From positions 1,710,001 to 1,742,000 of the forward strand of contig NZ_CP015137.1 of the NCBI RefSeq assembly GCF_001644705.1: a stretch of 32,000 nt of DNA. The letters are read 5' to 3'. How positions within the stretch are numbered: the stretch's first letter is position 1; every line of letters begins with the position of its first letter. The DNA comes from Dickeya solani IPO 2222. GTDB taxonomy: Bacteria; Pseudomonadota; Gammaproteobacteria; Enterobacterales; Enterobacteriaceae. Of the stretch, positions 19,433 to 27,372 are shown in pieces. Under the pieces are notes generated by a model that was not told the origin of the DNA, did not search any database, and saw nothing but the letters and a program-made list of their open reading frames with translations. A program made the position numbers and the translations under genes.

Positions 19433-21781
19433 ATGAAGAACGCATTAAGCCAGATTATTGCCAGCGAACTGCAGGCGCGTACCGAACAGGTCAGTGCGGC
19501 CATTCAACTGCTGGATGAAGGCAACACGGTTCCTTTTATCGCCCGTTACCGTAAAGAAGTCACCGGCGGGCTGGATGATACCCAACTGCGTCAGCTGGAA
19601 ACCCGCTTGTCTTACCTGCGCGAGCTGGAAGAGCGCCGCCAGACCATCCTCAAATCGATTGAGGAACAGGGCAAGCTGACCGACGCGCTGGCGACGTCGA
19701 TTAACACCACCCTCAGCAAGACCGAGCTGGAAGACCTCTACCTGCCTTACAAACCCAAACGCCGTACGCGCGGGCAAATCGCCATCGAAGCCGGTCTGGA
19801 GCCGCTGGCGGACAGCCTGTGGAACGACCCAAGCCAGACGCCGGAACACGTAGCCGACGGCTACGTCAATGCCGATAACGGCGTGGCCGACGTCAAAGCC
19901 GCGCTGGACGGCGCACGCTATATTCTGATGGAGCGTTTCGCCGAAGATGCCGCGCTGCTGGCCAAAGTGCGTGACTACCTGTGGAAAAACGCCCATCTGG
20001 TGTCCCGCGTGGTGGAAGGCAAAGAGGAAGACGGCGCGAAATTCCGCGACTACTTCGACCATCACGAACCGCTGTCGCAGGTGCCGTCGCACCGGGCGCT
20101 GGCGATGTTCCGCGGCCGTAACGAAGGCGTATTGCAACTCTCGCTTAACGCCGATCCGCAGTTTGACGAACCGCCGAAAGAGAGCCACGGCGAGCACATC
20201 ATCATCGGCCATCTGGAACTGCGTCTCGGCAACGCGCCGGCGGACGGCTGGCGGCGCGCAGTGGTGAACTGGACCTGGCGCATCAAGGTGCTGCTGCATC
20301 TGGAAACCGAGCTGATGGGCAGCGTGCGTGAAAAAGCCGAAGACGAAGCCATCAACGTGTTTGCGCGTAACATGCACGACCTGCTGATGGCGGCGCCCGC
20401 CGGCATGCGCGCCACCATGGGGCTGGACCCAGGCCTGCGCACCGGAGTGAAAGTGGCGGTGGTGGACGCCACCGGCAAACTGGTGGCGACCGATACTATT
20501 TATCCGCACACCGGTCAGGCCGCCAAAGCGGCCACCGTGGTCGCGGCGCTGTGCATCAAGCATCAGGTGGAGCTGGTCGCCATCGGCAACGGCACCGCAT
20601 CCCGCGAAACCGAGCGTTTCTTCCTTGATACCCAGAAACAGTTCCCGGACGTGAAAGCGCAGAAAGTCATCGTCAGCGAAGCGGGCGCGTCGGTGTATTC
20701 CGCTTCCGAACTGGCGGCGCTGGAATTCCCAAATCTGGACGTGTCACTGCGCGGTGCGGTGTCCATCGCCCGCCGCTTACAGGATCCGCTGTCCGAACTG
20801 GTCAAGATCGACCCGAAGTCCATCGGCGTCGGCCAATACCAGCATGACGTCAGCCAAACCCTACTGGCGAAAAAACTGGATGCGGTGGTGGAAGACTGCG
20901 TGAACGGCGTCGGCGTCGACCTCAATACCGCCTCGGTGCCGCTGCTGACCCGCGTAGCCGGCCTCACCCGGTTGATGGCGCAGAACATCGTGAGCTGGCG
21001 TGACGAAAACGGGCGCTTCAACAACCGCGACCAACTGCTGAAAGTCAGCCGCCTCGGCCCGAAAGCCTTTGAGCAGTGCGCCGGCTTCCTGCGCATCAAC
21101 CATGGCGACAACCCGCTCGATGCCTCCACCGTCCACCCGGAAGCCTACCCGGTGGTGGAACGCATTCTGGCCGCCACCGAACAGAAACTGCAGGACCTGA
21201 TGGGCAATTCCAGCGCGCTGCGCACCCTAAAACCGGCCAGCTTTACCGACGAGCGTTTCGGGGTGCCTACCATCACCGACATCATCAAAGAGCTGGAAAA
21301 ACCGGGGCGCGACCCGCGGCCGGAATTCAAGACCGCCAGCTTTGCCGACGGGGTGGAAACCCTCAACGACCTGCTGCCGGGCATGATTCTGGAAGGCGCC
21401 GTCACCAACGTCACCAACTTCGGCGCGTTCGTGGATATCGGCGTACATCAGGACGGGCTGGTGCACATCTCCTCACTGTCGGATCGCTTCGTGGAAGACC
21501 CGCATCAGGTGGTGAAAGCCGGCGACATCGTCAAGGTGAAAGTGCTGGAAGTGGACCTACAGCGTAAGCGCATCGCGCTGACCATGCGGCTGGACGAACA
21601 ACCGGGCGAGGGCAATAGCCGTCGCGGCAGCGGCGGTGGTGGACGCGAGCGCGACAACGGCAATAATGCGTCGCGCCCATCACAAGCAGGAAACAAGGCT
21701 CGTCCGCGCCAAAGCAGCACGTCGGCAGGCGGCAACAGCGCCATGAGCGACGCGCTGGCAGCGGCGTTTAAAAAGCGGTAA
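19433..21781 (+). CDS. tex: Tex/YhgF transcription-accessory protein (S1 domain RNA-binding)
   Basis: The 782-aa product begins with an N-terminal Tex HTH region ([26 protein letters not shown]). It also has a YqgF-like region ([17 protein letters not shown]), HhH motifs, and a C-terminal S1 domain ([26 protein letters not shown]). Confidence 0.93.
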   Translation: MKNALSQIIASELQARTEQVSAAIQLLDEGNTVPFIARYRKEVTGGLDDTQLRQLETRLSYLRELEERRQTILKSIEEQGKLTDALATSINTTLSKTELEDLYLPYKPKRRTRGQIAIEAGLEPLADSLWNDPSQTPEHVADGYVNADNGVADVKAALDGARYILMERFAEDAALLAKVRDYLWKNAHLVSRVVEGKEEDGAKFRDYFDHHEPLSQVPSHRALAMFRGRNEGVLQLSLNADPQFDEPPKESHGEHIIIGHLELRLGNAPADGWRRAVVNWTWRIKVLLHLETELMGSVREKAEDEAINVFARNMHDLLMAAPAGMRATMGLDPGLRTGVKVAVVDATGKLVATDTIYPHTGQAAKAATVVAALCIKHQVELVAIGNGTASRETERFFLDTQKQFPDVKAQKVIVSEAGASVYSASELAALEFPNLDVSLRGAVSIARRLQDPLSELVKIDPKSIGVGQYQHDVSQTLLAKKLDAVVEDCVNGVGVDLNTASVPLLTRVAGLTRLMAQNIVSWRDENGRFNNRDQLLKVSRLGPKAFEQCAGFLRINHGDNPLDASTVHPEAYPVVERILAATEQKLQDLMGNSSALRTLKPASFTDERFGVPTITDIIKELEKPGRDPRPEFKTASFADGVETLNDLLPGMILEGAVTNVTNFGAFVDIGVHQDGLVHISSLSDRFVEDPHQVVKAGDIVKVKVLEVDLQRKRIALTMRLDEQPGEGNSRRGSGGGGRERDNGNNASRPSQAGNKARPRQSSTSAGGNSAMSDALAAAFKKR

Positions 21782-21840
21782 GACACGTTCGTTTCCCCCT
21801 AAAAAGCTCTTCGGTAAATGTGAGAGAAACTCCATAAGAT

Positions 21841-21868
21841 AAAACCGCTGAATCATCAGCGGTTTTAT
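21841..21868. terminator. Bidirectional intrinsic terminator between convergent tex and the orphan gene
   Basis: The sequence is aaaaCCGCTGAatcaTCAGCGGtttta. It has a 7-bp stem and a 4-nt loop, flanked by A and T runs. Confidence 0.75.
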
Positions 21869-21885
21869 CAATTTTCAGCGAGATA

Positions 21886-22368
21886 TCACAACTGACCTAA
21901 CGCTGCGCATACAGCACGAATCTGGGTTCTTGTTGATGAATATAGATTGGCAATAACGCCATTCCCACCATAGGTTTGCTGTGCTGGATGCCTTGCTTTC
22001 CAGACACGTGCAATATGCCCTTGTACCCCTGAGAAACAACACATGAATAATACTCTTGCCGTATTATTAACACCAATATTTTCGAGCAGGCCTATCGTGT
22101 TATTCATGGTAATAGTTTGCCCCTGATTATTAGCAAGAACTGTGTTGTTATCTCCACCATGTGCAAATACGATTACATAATCTCCATTGGCACAGTTATA
22201 AACTGTATTTCTATAGACAATGTCGATTTGATTTATCTGCGTGCCAATATTTTCTCCCACGTTGTGGTTGGCAATACTATTAAAAAAATTCCGCATATCT
22301 GTCGCACCTCTATCGAGATCGCAGTTCACATCAGCAGTAAATGGGATAACAATGACAAGATTAGGCAT
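21886..22368 (-). CDS. Orphan hypothetical protein (160 aa) in an AT-rich islet; possible minimal clan CD-like cysteine peptidase (hypothesis only)
   Basis: ATG 22368 is preceded by AAGGAG with a 7-nt spacer. The track start at 22425 is an upstream extension with no Shine-Dalgarno. The protein is Asn/Ile-rich with AT-rich codon usage unlike its neighbours, and has no signal peptide or TM segment. Its hydrophobic strand-like segments are LVIVIPF, DYVIVFAHGG and ARVLFMCCFSG. Confidence 0.6.
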   Translation of the reverse strand: MPNLVIVIPFTADVNCDLDRGATDMRNFFNSIANHNVGENIGTQINQIDIVYRNTVYNCANGDYVIVFAHGGDNNTVLANNQGQTITMNNTIGLLENIGVNNTARVLFMCCFSGVQGHIARVWKARHPAQQTYGGNGVIANLYSSTRTQIRAVCAALGQL

Positions 22369-22626
22369 AGCATAACTCCTTATCAAGGATTTTATTGTCA
22401 TTAAGTATAGATATATACCCTTCACCGATTAAGTGGTGAGTATATTAGTCTTACTATAACTCACATTATTTACGTCATATACTGATTAGATTCATTTAAA
22501 AAATACCACTATAAAAGAAAGTATTAATCGGAAAAATCGGGTTATATTATTGACGTTTGTTGATTATTAGCAGGCATGAATGAATCAATACATTCATTTT
22601 CAATAATAAAGCAAGGAATTCAGACT

Positions 22627-22686
22627 CAATAATAAAACGCAGGAGAAAGCTCCCGGCGGGACGCCTCATCATTGCGATCGTCCCGC
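22627..22686 (-). terminator. Compound hairpin plus U-tract, a likely bioH terminator
   Basis: The minus-strand RNA reads GCGGGACG-(15 nt)-CGUCCCGC, then GGGAG-CUUU-CUCCU, then GCGUUUUAUUAUU. It lies about 120 nt downstream of the bioH stop, at the edge of the AT-rich islet. Confidence 0.4.
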
Positions 22687-22784
22687 TTACGCTGGTGCTT
22701 AACTGACAAACATTAATTACCTTGATGGGATAGGTTCTTTTTGTATAAGCCGGTCAGGCCGCCTCCTTACAACCAGACTATCAA

Positions 22785-22797
22785 CCCCCCCCCCCCC
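22785..22797. repeat. Homopolymeric C13 tract (G13 on the bioH strand)
   Basis: 13 consecutive C residues were counted directly, 8 nt downstream of the bioH stop codon. Confidence 0.95.
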
Positions 22798-22805
22798 TCC
22801 CTGTC

Positions 22806-23579
22806 TCATACACGCGCTTTCACAAACCCCACCACATGTTCCACAAACGCGTCCGGATGGGAAATAAACGGCGCGTGGGCGGCTTTCGGTATCACCACGG
22901 AGGTGGAGTGTGGGAACTGTTCGTCCATCAGTGCGGCGACTTTGCGCGGCACCAGCCCGTCCAATGCGCCGTACACGCGCAGGAACGGCATCGTCAGCGT
23001 ACTCAGCGGTTCACGCAGGTCGGTATCGCGCAACATCCCCAGCCCAGCGTTCAGCACCTCGGAGGTGGGCGCCGGTTGGCCGAACAACGCCACCTTCAGC
23101 GTGCGGGCGTCTTTTCTGGCGTTTTCGGTACCCAGCGTCTGCAACGCCAAAAAGCGCTCAATGGTGCCGAGGAAATCGTCGCTCAACATTTGCTGAAAAC
23201 CGGATAGCACCTGCGGGCGGATGCCCGGCCAGTCGCCACGCGCTTCAAAGCACGGGGACGACGCCAGCGTGATCAGCGCATTGACCCGTTCCGGCGCGCT
23301 CAGCGCCGCCTGACTGGCCACCAGCCCGCCCAGCGACCAGCCCAACCACACTGCGCGCTCCGGCGCCTGCGCCAGCACCTGCTGCGCCATATCGGCAAGC
23401 GACATCACCCCGAATCCCTGACTCTGACCATAACCCGGCAGATCCACCCGGTGCAGCCTGAAATGCGGGGCCAGTCGCATGACGATGCTGTTCCACACCT
23501 GCGAATTCATTCCCCAGCCATGCAGCATCACAAGTTCGCATGTTCCTTCCCCTTCCGTTTGCCAGTGCAGTGATCCCAT
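22806..23579 (-). CDS. bioH: Pimeloyl-ACP methyl ester esterase BioH (alpha/beta hydrolase)
   Basis: The 257-aa product is colinear with E. coli BioH ([10 protein letters not shown], nucleophile elbow GWSLGG, ...[10 protein letters not shown]). Confidence 0.9.
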   Translation of the reverse strand: MGSLHWQTEGEGTCELVMLHGWGMNSQVWNSIVMRLAPHFRLHRVDLPGYGQSQGFGVMSLADMAQQVLAQAPERAVWLGWSLGGLVASQAALSAPERVNALITLASSPCFEARGDWPGIRPQVLSGFQQMLSDDFLGTIERFLALQTLGTENARKDARTLKVALFGQPAPTSEVLNAGLGMLRDTDLREPLSTLTMPFLRVYGALDGLVPRKVAALMDEQFPHSTSVVIPKAAHAPFISHPDAFVEHVVGFVKARV

Positions 23580-23657
23580 CGGTTATGTTGTCCTCCGTCA
23601 GAAATGGAATGATTCAGGCCACGCCGCCCGGCATGCCTGATTAATCAGGGAAATGCG

Positions 23658-24362
23658 ATGTTGACGATCATGGCACAGTGCTGGCTCTGCCAGCAGCCGC
23701 TCTATCATAGTCATCACGGGATTTGCAGTCACTGCCGCCGTCACCTACCGTTGCCGGTCACCTGCTGTCCGCGCTGCGGCCTGCCTTCGGCGTCCGACAC
23801 TCTGCCGTGCGGCCGGTGCCTGCAACAGCCGCCGCCGTGGCAGTCGTTGCTGTTTGTCAGCGACTACCGACCGCCACTGAGCACGCTGCTCAAACGCGTC
23901 AAATTTCAGGGACGCACCGAACTGGCGCCAACGCTGGCGCGGCTGATGCTGCTGCAATGGCTGGCGCGCCGCCGGGATACCGCACTGAGCCTGCCCGCCG
24001 CGTATCCGCGGCCTGACGCCATCGTCACCGTTCCTCTGCACCGACGGCGCCACTGGCGGCGCGGCTTCAACCAGACCGACCTGCTCGCGCGTCTGCTGGC
24101 GCGCTGGCTGGGCTGCGACTATCACCCCGCCGCGCTGATCCGCGTGCGTCCTACCGTTCCCCAGCAGACGCTGGGCGCCCGTTCCCGTCGCCGCAACCTG
24201 CGCGGCGCGTTCGCGTGTCGACATAACGTCGACGGCAAACGGTTAGTGTTGTTGGACGATGTAGTGACCACCGGCAGCACGGCGGCGGAAGTCAGCCGGG
24301 TATTACGTCGCGCCGGTGCGCAGCAGGTTCAGGTGTGGTGTCTATGCCGCACCTTGTCGTAA
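23658..24362 (+). CDS. gntX: GntX/ComF-family DNA utilisation protein (phosphoribosyltransferase-like)
   Basis: The 234-aa product has an N-terminal Cys-rich zinc-ribbon (CWLC..C..C..CPRCG..CGRC) and a C-terminal PRTase motif LLDDVVTTGST. The tail QVWCLCRTL matches E. coli GntX. Confidence 0.85.
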   Translation: MLTIMAQCWLCQQPLYHSHHGICSHCRRHLPLPVTCCPRCGLPSASDTLPCGRCLQQPPPWQSLLFVSDYRPPLSTLLKRVKFQGRTELAPTLARLMLLQWLARRRDTALSLPAAYPRPDAIVTVPLHRRRHWRRGFNQTDLLARLLARWLGCDYHPAALIRVRPTVPQQTLGARSRRRNLRGAFACRHNVDGKRLVLLDDVVTTGSTAAEVSRVLRRAGAQQVQVWCLCRTLS

Positions 24363-24418
24363 CCGCCGGGATGGGCGTATTATAACCAACTGGCGTAGTC
24401 AACTATTGAGTTAACATT

Positions 24419-24994
24419 ATGATTCGTATTACCGACGCTGCTCAGGAGCACTTTGCCAAGCTGCTGACAAAACAGGAAGAAGGCACCCAGATCCGTGTCT
24501 TCGTCATCAATCCCGGAACACCGAACGCCGAGTGCGGGGTGTCCTATTGCCCGCCCGATGCCATCGAGCCGAACGATACCGAGCTGAAGTTTGAGAAACT
24601 GTCCGCCTACGTGGACGAACTCAGCACACCGTATCTGGAAGACGCCGAGATCGACTTCGTGACCGATCAGTTGGGCTCCCAGCTGACGTTAAAAGCGCCG
24701 AACGCCAAGATGCGCAAAGTCGGCGACAACGCTCCGCTGATGGAACGCGTGGAGTATGTGCTGCAATCCCAGATCAACCCGCAGCTGGCCGGCCACGGCG
24801 GCCGCGTAACGCTGATGGAAATCACTGAGGAAGGTTACGCCATTCTGCAGTTCGGCGGCGGCTGCAACGGCTGTTCCATGGTGGATTACACCCTGAAGGA
24901 AGGCATCGAAAAAGAGCTGTTGCAGAAATTCCCGGAATTGACAGGGGTGCGTGACCTCACCGAGCATCAGCGTGGCGAACACTCCTACTATTAA
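24419..24994 (+). CDS. nfuA: Fe-S cluster carrier protein NfuA
   Basis: The 191-aa product is almost identical to recalled E. coli NfuA ([63 protein letters not shown]). Confidence 0.96.
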   Translation: MIRITDAAQEHFAKLLTKQEEGTQIRVFVINPGTPNAECGVSYCPPDAIEPNDTELKFEKLSAYVDELSTPYLEDAEIDFVTDQLGSQLTLKAPNAKMRKVGDNAPLMERVEYVLQSQINPQLAGHGGRVTLMEITEEGYAILQFGGGCNGCSMVDYTLKEGIEKELLQKFPELTGVRDLTEHQRGEHSYY

Positions 24995-25026
24995 CCATTA
25001 ATAGGGTTAAATAGGGTGCTGCTCTT

Positions 25027-25120
25027 ATGGGGTGTCATTCTAAGGAATTGCCATTCTGATGGGATGTCATTCCGATCGGATGCCATGATGAGATGTGGTG
25101 CTGATCTGATGCGGTGCTGA
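25027..25120. repeat. Degenerate short direct repeats in the nfuA-malQ spacer
   Basis: atggggtgtcattc (25027..25040) repeats as atgggatgtcattc (25059..25072). gatgtggtgctga (25092..25104) repeats as gatgcggtgctga (25108..25120). There is no coding potential. Confidence 0.55.
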
Positions 25121-25151
25121 CGATCGGCGCCGTCGAGTCGGTTTTGATTAT

Positions 25152-25187
25152 CACGGGCGGCCAGTCATCTGACCGCCCGTGGTTTTT
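25152..25187 (+). terminator. nfuA intrinsic terminator
   Basis: The sequence is CACGGGCGG-ccagtcatctga-CCGCCCGTG followed by gttttt. Confidence 0.75.
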
Positions 25188-25209
25188 CCCGGTGCCGCTT
25201 ACTCGCCAC

Positions 25210-27360
25210 TCAGGCTTTTTTTGTCCCTTTTTTCGTCTCTTCCTGCTTCTCGTCACCTGCTGGCTTCGCCGTCTTTTTGGTCCGTGACGGCACCGGTCCG
25301 CCACGACGCAAGTCGATATCCCGAATCAACCGTTCCAGATAGCGGTCGGTAAAAATGGAATCCAGCGAACGACTCAGCTTGCGCCGCCAGTTGGGATATT
25401 CCTGATGGGTGCCCGGCACATTCACCGGCGTCGCCATATCCAGCCAATCTTCAAGCTGTAATCCCAGCAGCGCGCTGGCGCTGTCGGCCAGATAGCGTTG
25501 CACCCCACGGTTAAGCTGGGCGCTCATGGTCGTGAGCGATGCATTGCGCCCAACCCGCTGCGGCAGCAACCCCTGCTCATGCAGGGCGTCAAGCAGCCCT
25601 TGCTTGGCGCTCTCGCGCGCGTCGTGCTGCTGTTGCAACAAGGCGTCGGTAGGATACAACCCGAGATCCTTGCCCAGCGTCAGATCGACGCCCTGCCAAT
25701 AGCCGCGCAGCGTCGCCAGATCATGGGTGGTGATGGTCGCCATTGAGCGGGGCGGATACGCGTCCGGCGCGCGAAAACGATCGTGCTGATCCTTTTCAAA
25801 AAACAGCACCTTGTAGGAATAGACGCTGTTATCGCGCAGTTTGTTGACGATCTCCTCCGGCACCGTTCCCAAATCCTCGCCGATCACCAGACAACGATGA
25901 CGATGGCTTTCCAGCGCCAGGATCCCCAGCAGGTCATCCACCGGATAAAGCACATAAGCGCCTCGGGTAGCGGTGTTGCCGTTCAGTATCCACCACAGCC
26001 GCAGCAGCCCCATCACATGGTCGATACGCAACGCACCGCTGTGCGCCATATTGCTGCGTAGCAAGTCGATAAACGGCTGATAGTCGCGCTGGCGCAGTAG
26101 AACCGGGTGCATCGGCGTCAGGTTCCAGTTCTGACCGCCCGGCCCCAGCGGGTCCGGCGGCGCGCCAAGCGTCACCGACATGCAATGCAATTGCTGATCG
26201 CCCCAGGTATCCACGCCGCCCTGCGCCACCCCCACCGCCAGATCGCGATACAGGCCGATCGGCATGCCCAGTTGTTTACTATGGGAAAAACAGCTCGCCA
26301 GCTGTTCATGCGCCAGCCACTGCAACCAACAATAAAACTGCACATCGTCGACGTGTTCCTGCCGGAATCGCAGCGAGGCATCGCTGCGCGCGTCGTGGTA
26401 TTCCCGCGGCCACTGCAACCAATCGGCGGCCGTTTGGCCCTGCGTCTTCAGCCACGCTTGCAACGCGTCATAAGTCGCCTGCTGCAACAGGCTTTCATCG
26501 TGGGTTTTCAGGAATTGCTGAAAGGCGGTCTTGCGCGGGTCCAGCGCGTTGCGGCGATTGAAATGATTAAACGCCAGCCGCAGCGCCGTCAGCTTCAGGC
26601 TGGTGACCGTGGCGTAATCCACCCAGCGGCTGGCGCGAGCGGCCGTCAGCCGTCGCTGAACGTCGTCCTGTTTCCACCACTCGCCGGCGGCATCGCTCTG
26701 ATGAAAATCATCCACCTGATTCACATCGATATAGATGATATTCAGCCAGTTGCGCGATGACGGGCTGTACGGGCTGGCGGCTTCCGGCTCTGCCGGATAA
26801 AGCGCGTGCAACGGGTTAAGGCCGACAAACGCACCGCCCCGGCGCGCCACCTGCTCCACCAGCGTTTTCAGGTCGCCGAAATCGCCGCTCCCCCAGTTAT
26901 CCGACGAACGCAGGGTATAGAGCTGCACCATGACGCCCCACCAGCGTTTGCCCTGCGTCAGCGGGTCCGGTTCGTAACACCGCGCCGGCGCCACAATCAC
27001 CCGGCATGGCCACTGCTGTTCGCCCTGCATCAGTATCAGTTGGTGATAGCCGAGCGGCAGGTTGTCCGGCAACGCCAGCGCCGCCTGCCCGGCCGATCGC
27101 CCTTCGATAATGCCGCCTTTTTCATAGGTGAGCGTCCAGCCATACTCGCCTTCGTCGCGCAGGGGCAACCGATTCTGTTGCCCCTGACGGAACACGTATA
27201 CCGAAGGCAACGGCGCCACCGTCGGCTCCGCCACATCAAGCAGTTGCAGCAGTTTATCGCGGGTTTCCTGGTCTATCGCCTGTTCATTACCGTAAGCATC
27301 TTTATAGGTATCAGCGATCCCCGGATGTTGGGGTACAGATTTTTTTGCTTTCAACGCCAT
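25210..27360 (-). CDS. malQ: 4-alpha-glucanotransferase (amylomaltase) MalQ, with a Lys-rich C-terminal tail
   Basis: The 716-aa product is colinear with E. coli MalQ (WG.GDFGDLK, SPYSPSSR.WLN.IYIDV, GALRIDHVMGLLRLWWI, VIGEDLGTVPEEIV). The final 30 or so residues (..GGPVPSRTKKTAKPAGDEKQEETKKGTKKA) extend beyond the E. coli end. Confidence 0.93.
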   Translation of the reverse strand: MALKAKKSVPQHPGIADTYKDAYGNEQAIDQETRDKLLQLLDVAEPTVAPLPSVYVFRQGQQNRLPLRDEGEYGWTLTYEKGGIIEGRSAGQAALALPDNLPLGYHQLILMQGEQQWPCRVIVAPARCYEPDPLTQGKRWWGVMVQLYTLRSSDNWGSGDFGDLKTLVEQVARRGGAFVGLNPLHALYPAEPEAASPYSPSSRNWLNIIYIDVNQVDDFHQSDAAGEWWKQDDVQRRLTAARASRWVDYATVTSLKLTALRLAFNHFNRRNALDPRKTAFQQFLKTHDESLLQQATYDALQAWLKTQGQTAADWLQWPREYHDARSDASLRFRQEHVDDVQFYCWLQWLAHEQLASCFSHSKQLGMPIGLYRDLAVGVAQGGVDTWGDQQLHCMSVTLGAPPDPLGPGGQNWNLTPMHPVLLRQRDYQPFIDLLRSNMAHSGALRIDHVMGLLRLWWILNGNTATRGAYVLYPVDDLLGILALESHRHRCLVIGEDLGTVPEEIVNKLRDNSVYSYKVLFFEKDQHDRFRAPDAYPPRSMATITTHDLATLRGYWQGVDLTLGKDLGLYPTDALLQQQHDARESAKQGLLDALHEQGLLPQRVGRNASLTTMSAQLNRGVQRYLADSASALLGLQLEDWLDMATPVNVPGTHQEYPNWRRKLSRSLDSIFTDRYLERLIRDIDLRRGGPVPSRTKKTAKPAGDEKQEETKKGTKKA

Positions 27361-27372
27361 GGTATTGATTCC

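Noticed and set aside
22547-22672. A 41-aa ORF (MMRRPAGSFLLRFIIESEFLALLLKMNVLIHSCLLIINKRQ) upstream of the orphan gene on the same strand. I considered it as a small hydrophobic toxin or leader peptide whose start codons sit in the loop of an 8-bp GC hairpin.
   Set aside because: It has no convincing Shine-Dalgarno. The hairpin plus the following GGGAG/CUCCU stem and U-tract read more simply as the bioH terminator. The peptide has charged residues interrupting the hydrophobic stretch, and an ORF this short in AT-rich DNA is expected by chance. It is worth a ribosome-profiling look only.
22584-22706. A plus-strand frame ending ...RRRKLPAGRLIIAIVPLTLVLN-stop, which looks like a small membrane peptide.
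   Set aside because: The open frame contains no ATG, GTG or TTG start. It is bounded by a TGA at 22581.
22741-23196. A 151-aa plus-strand ORF starting next to the poly-C tract. ORFs 22836..23207 and 22910..23272 are similar.
   Set aside because: They are antisense to the well-supported bioH gene. The Pro-rich start is simply the translation of the C13 tract.
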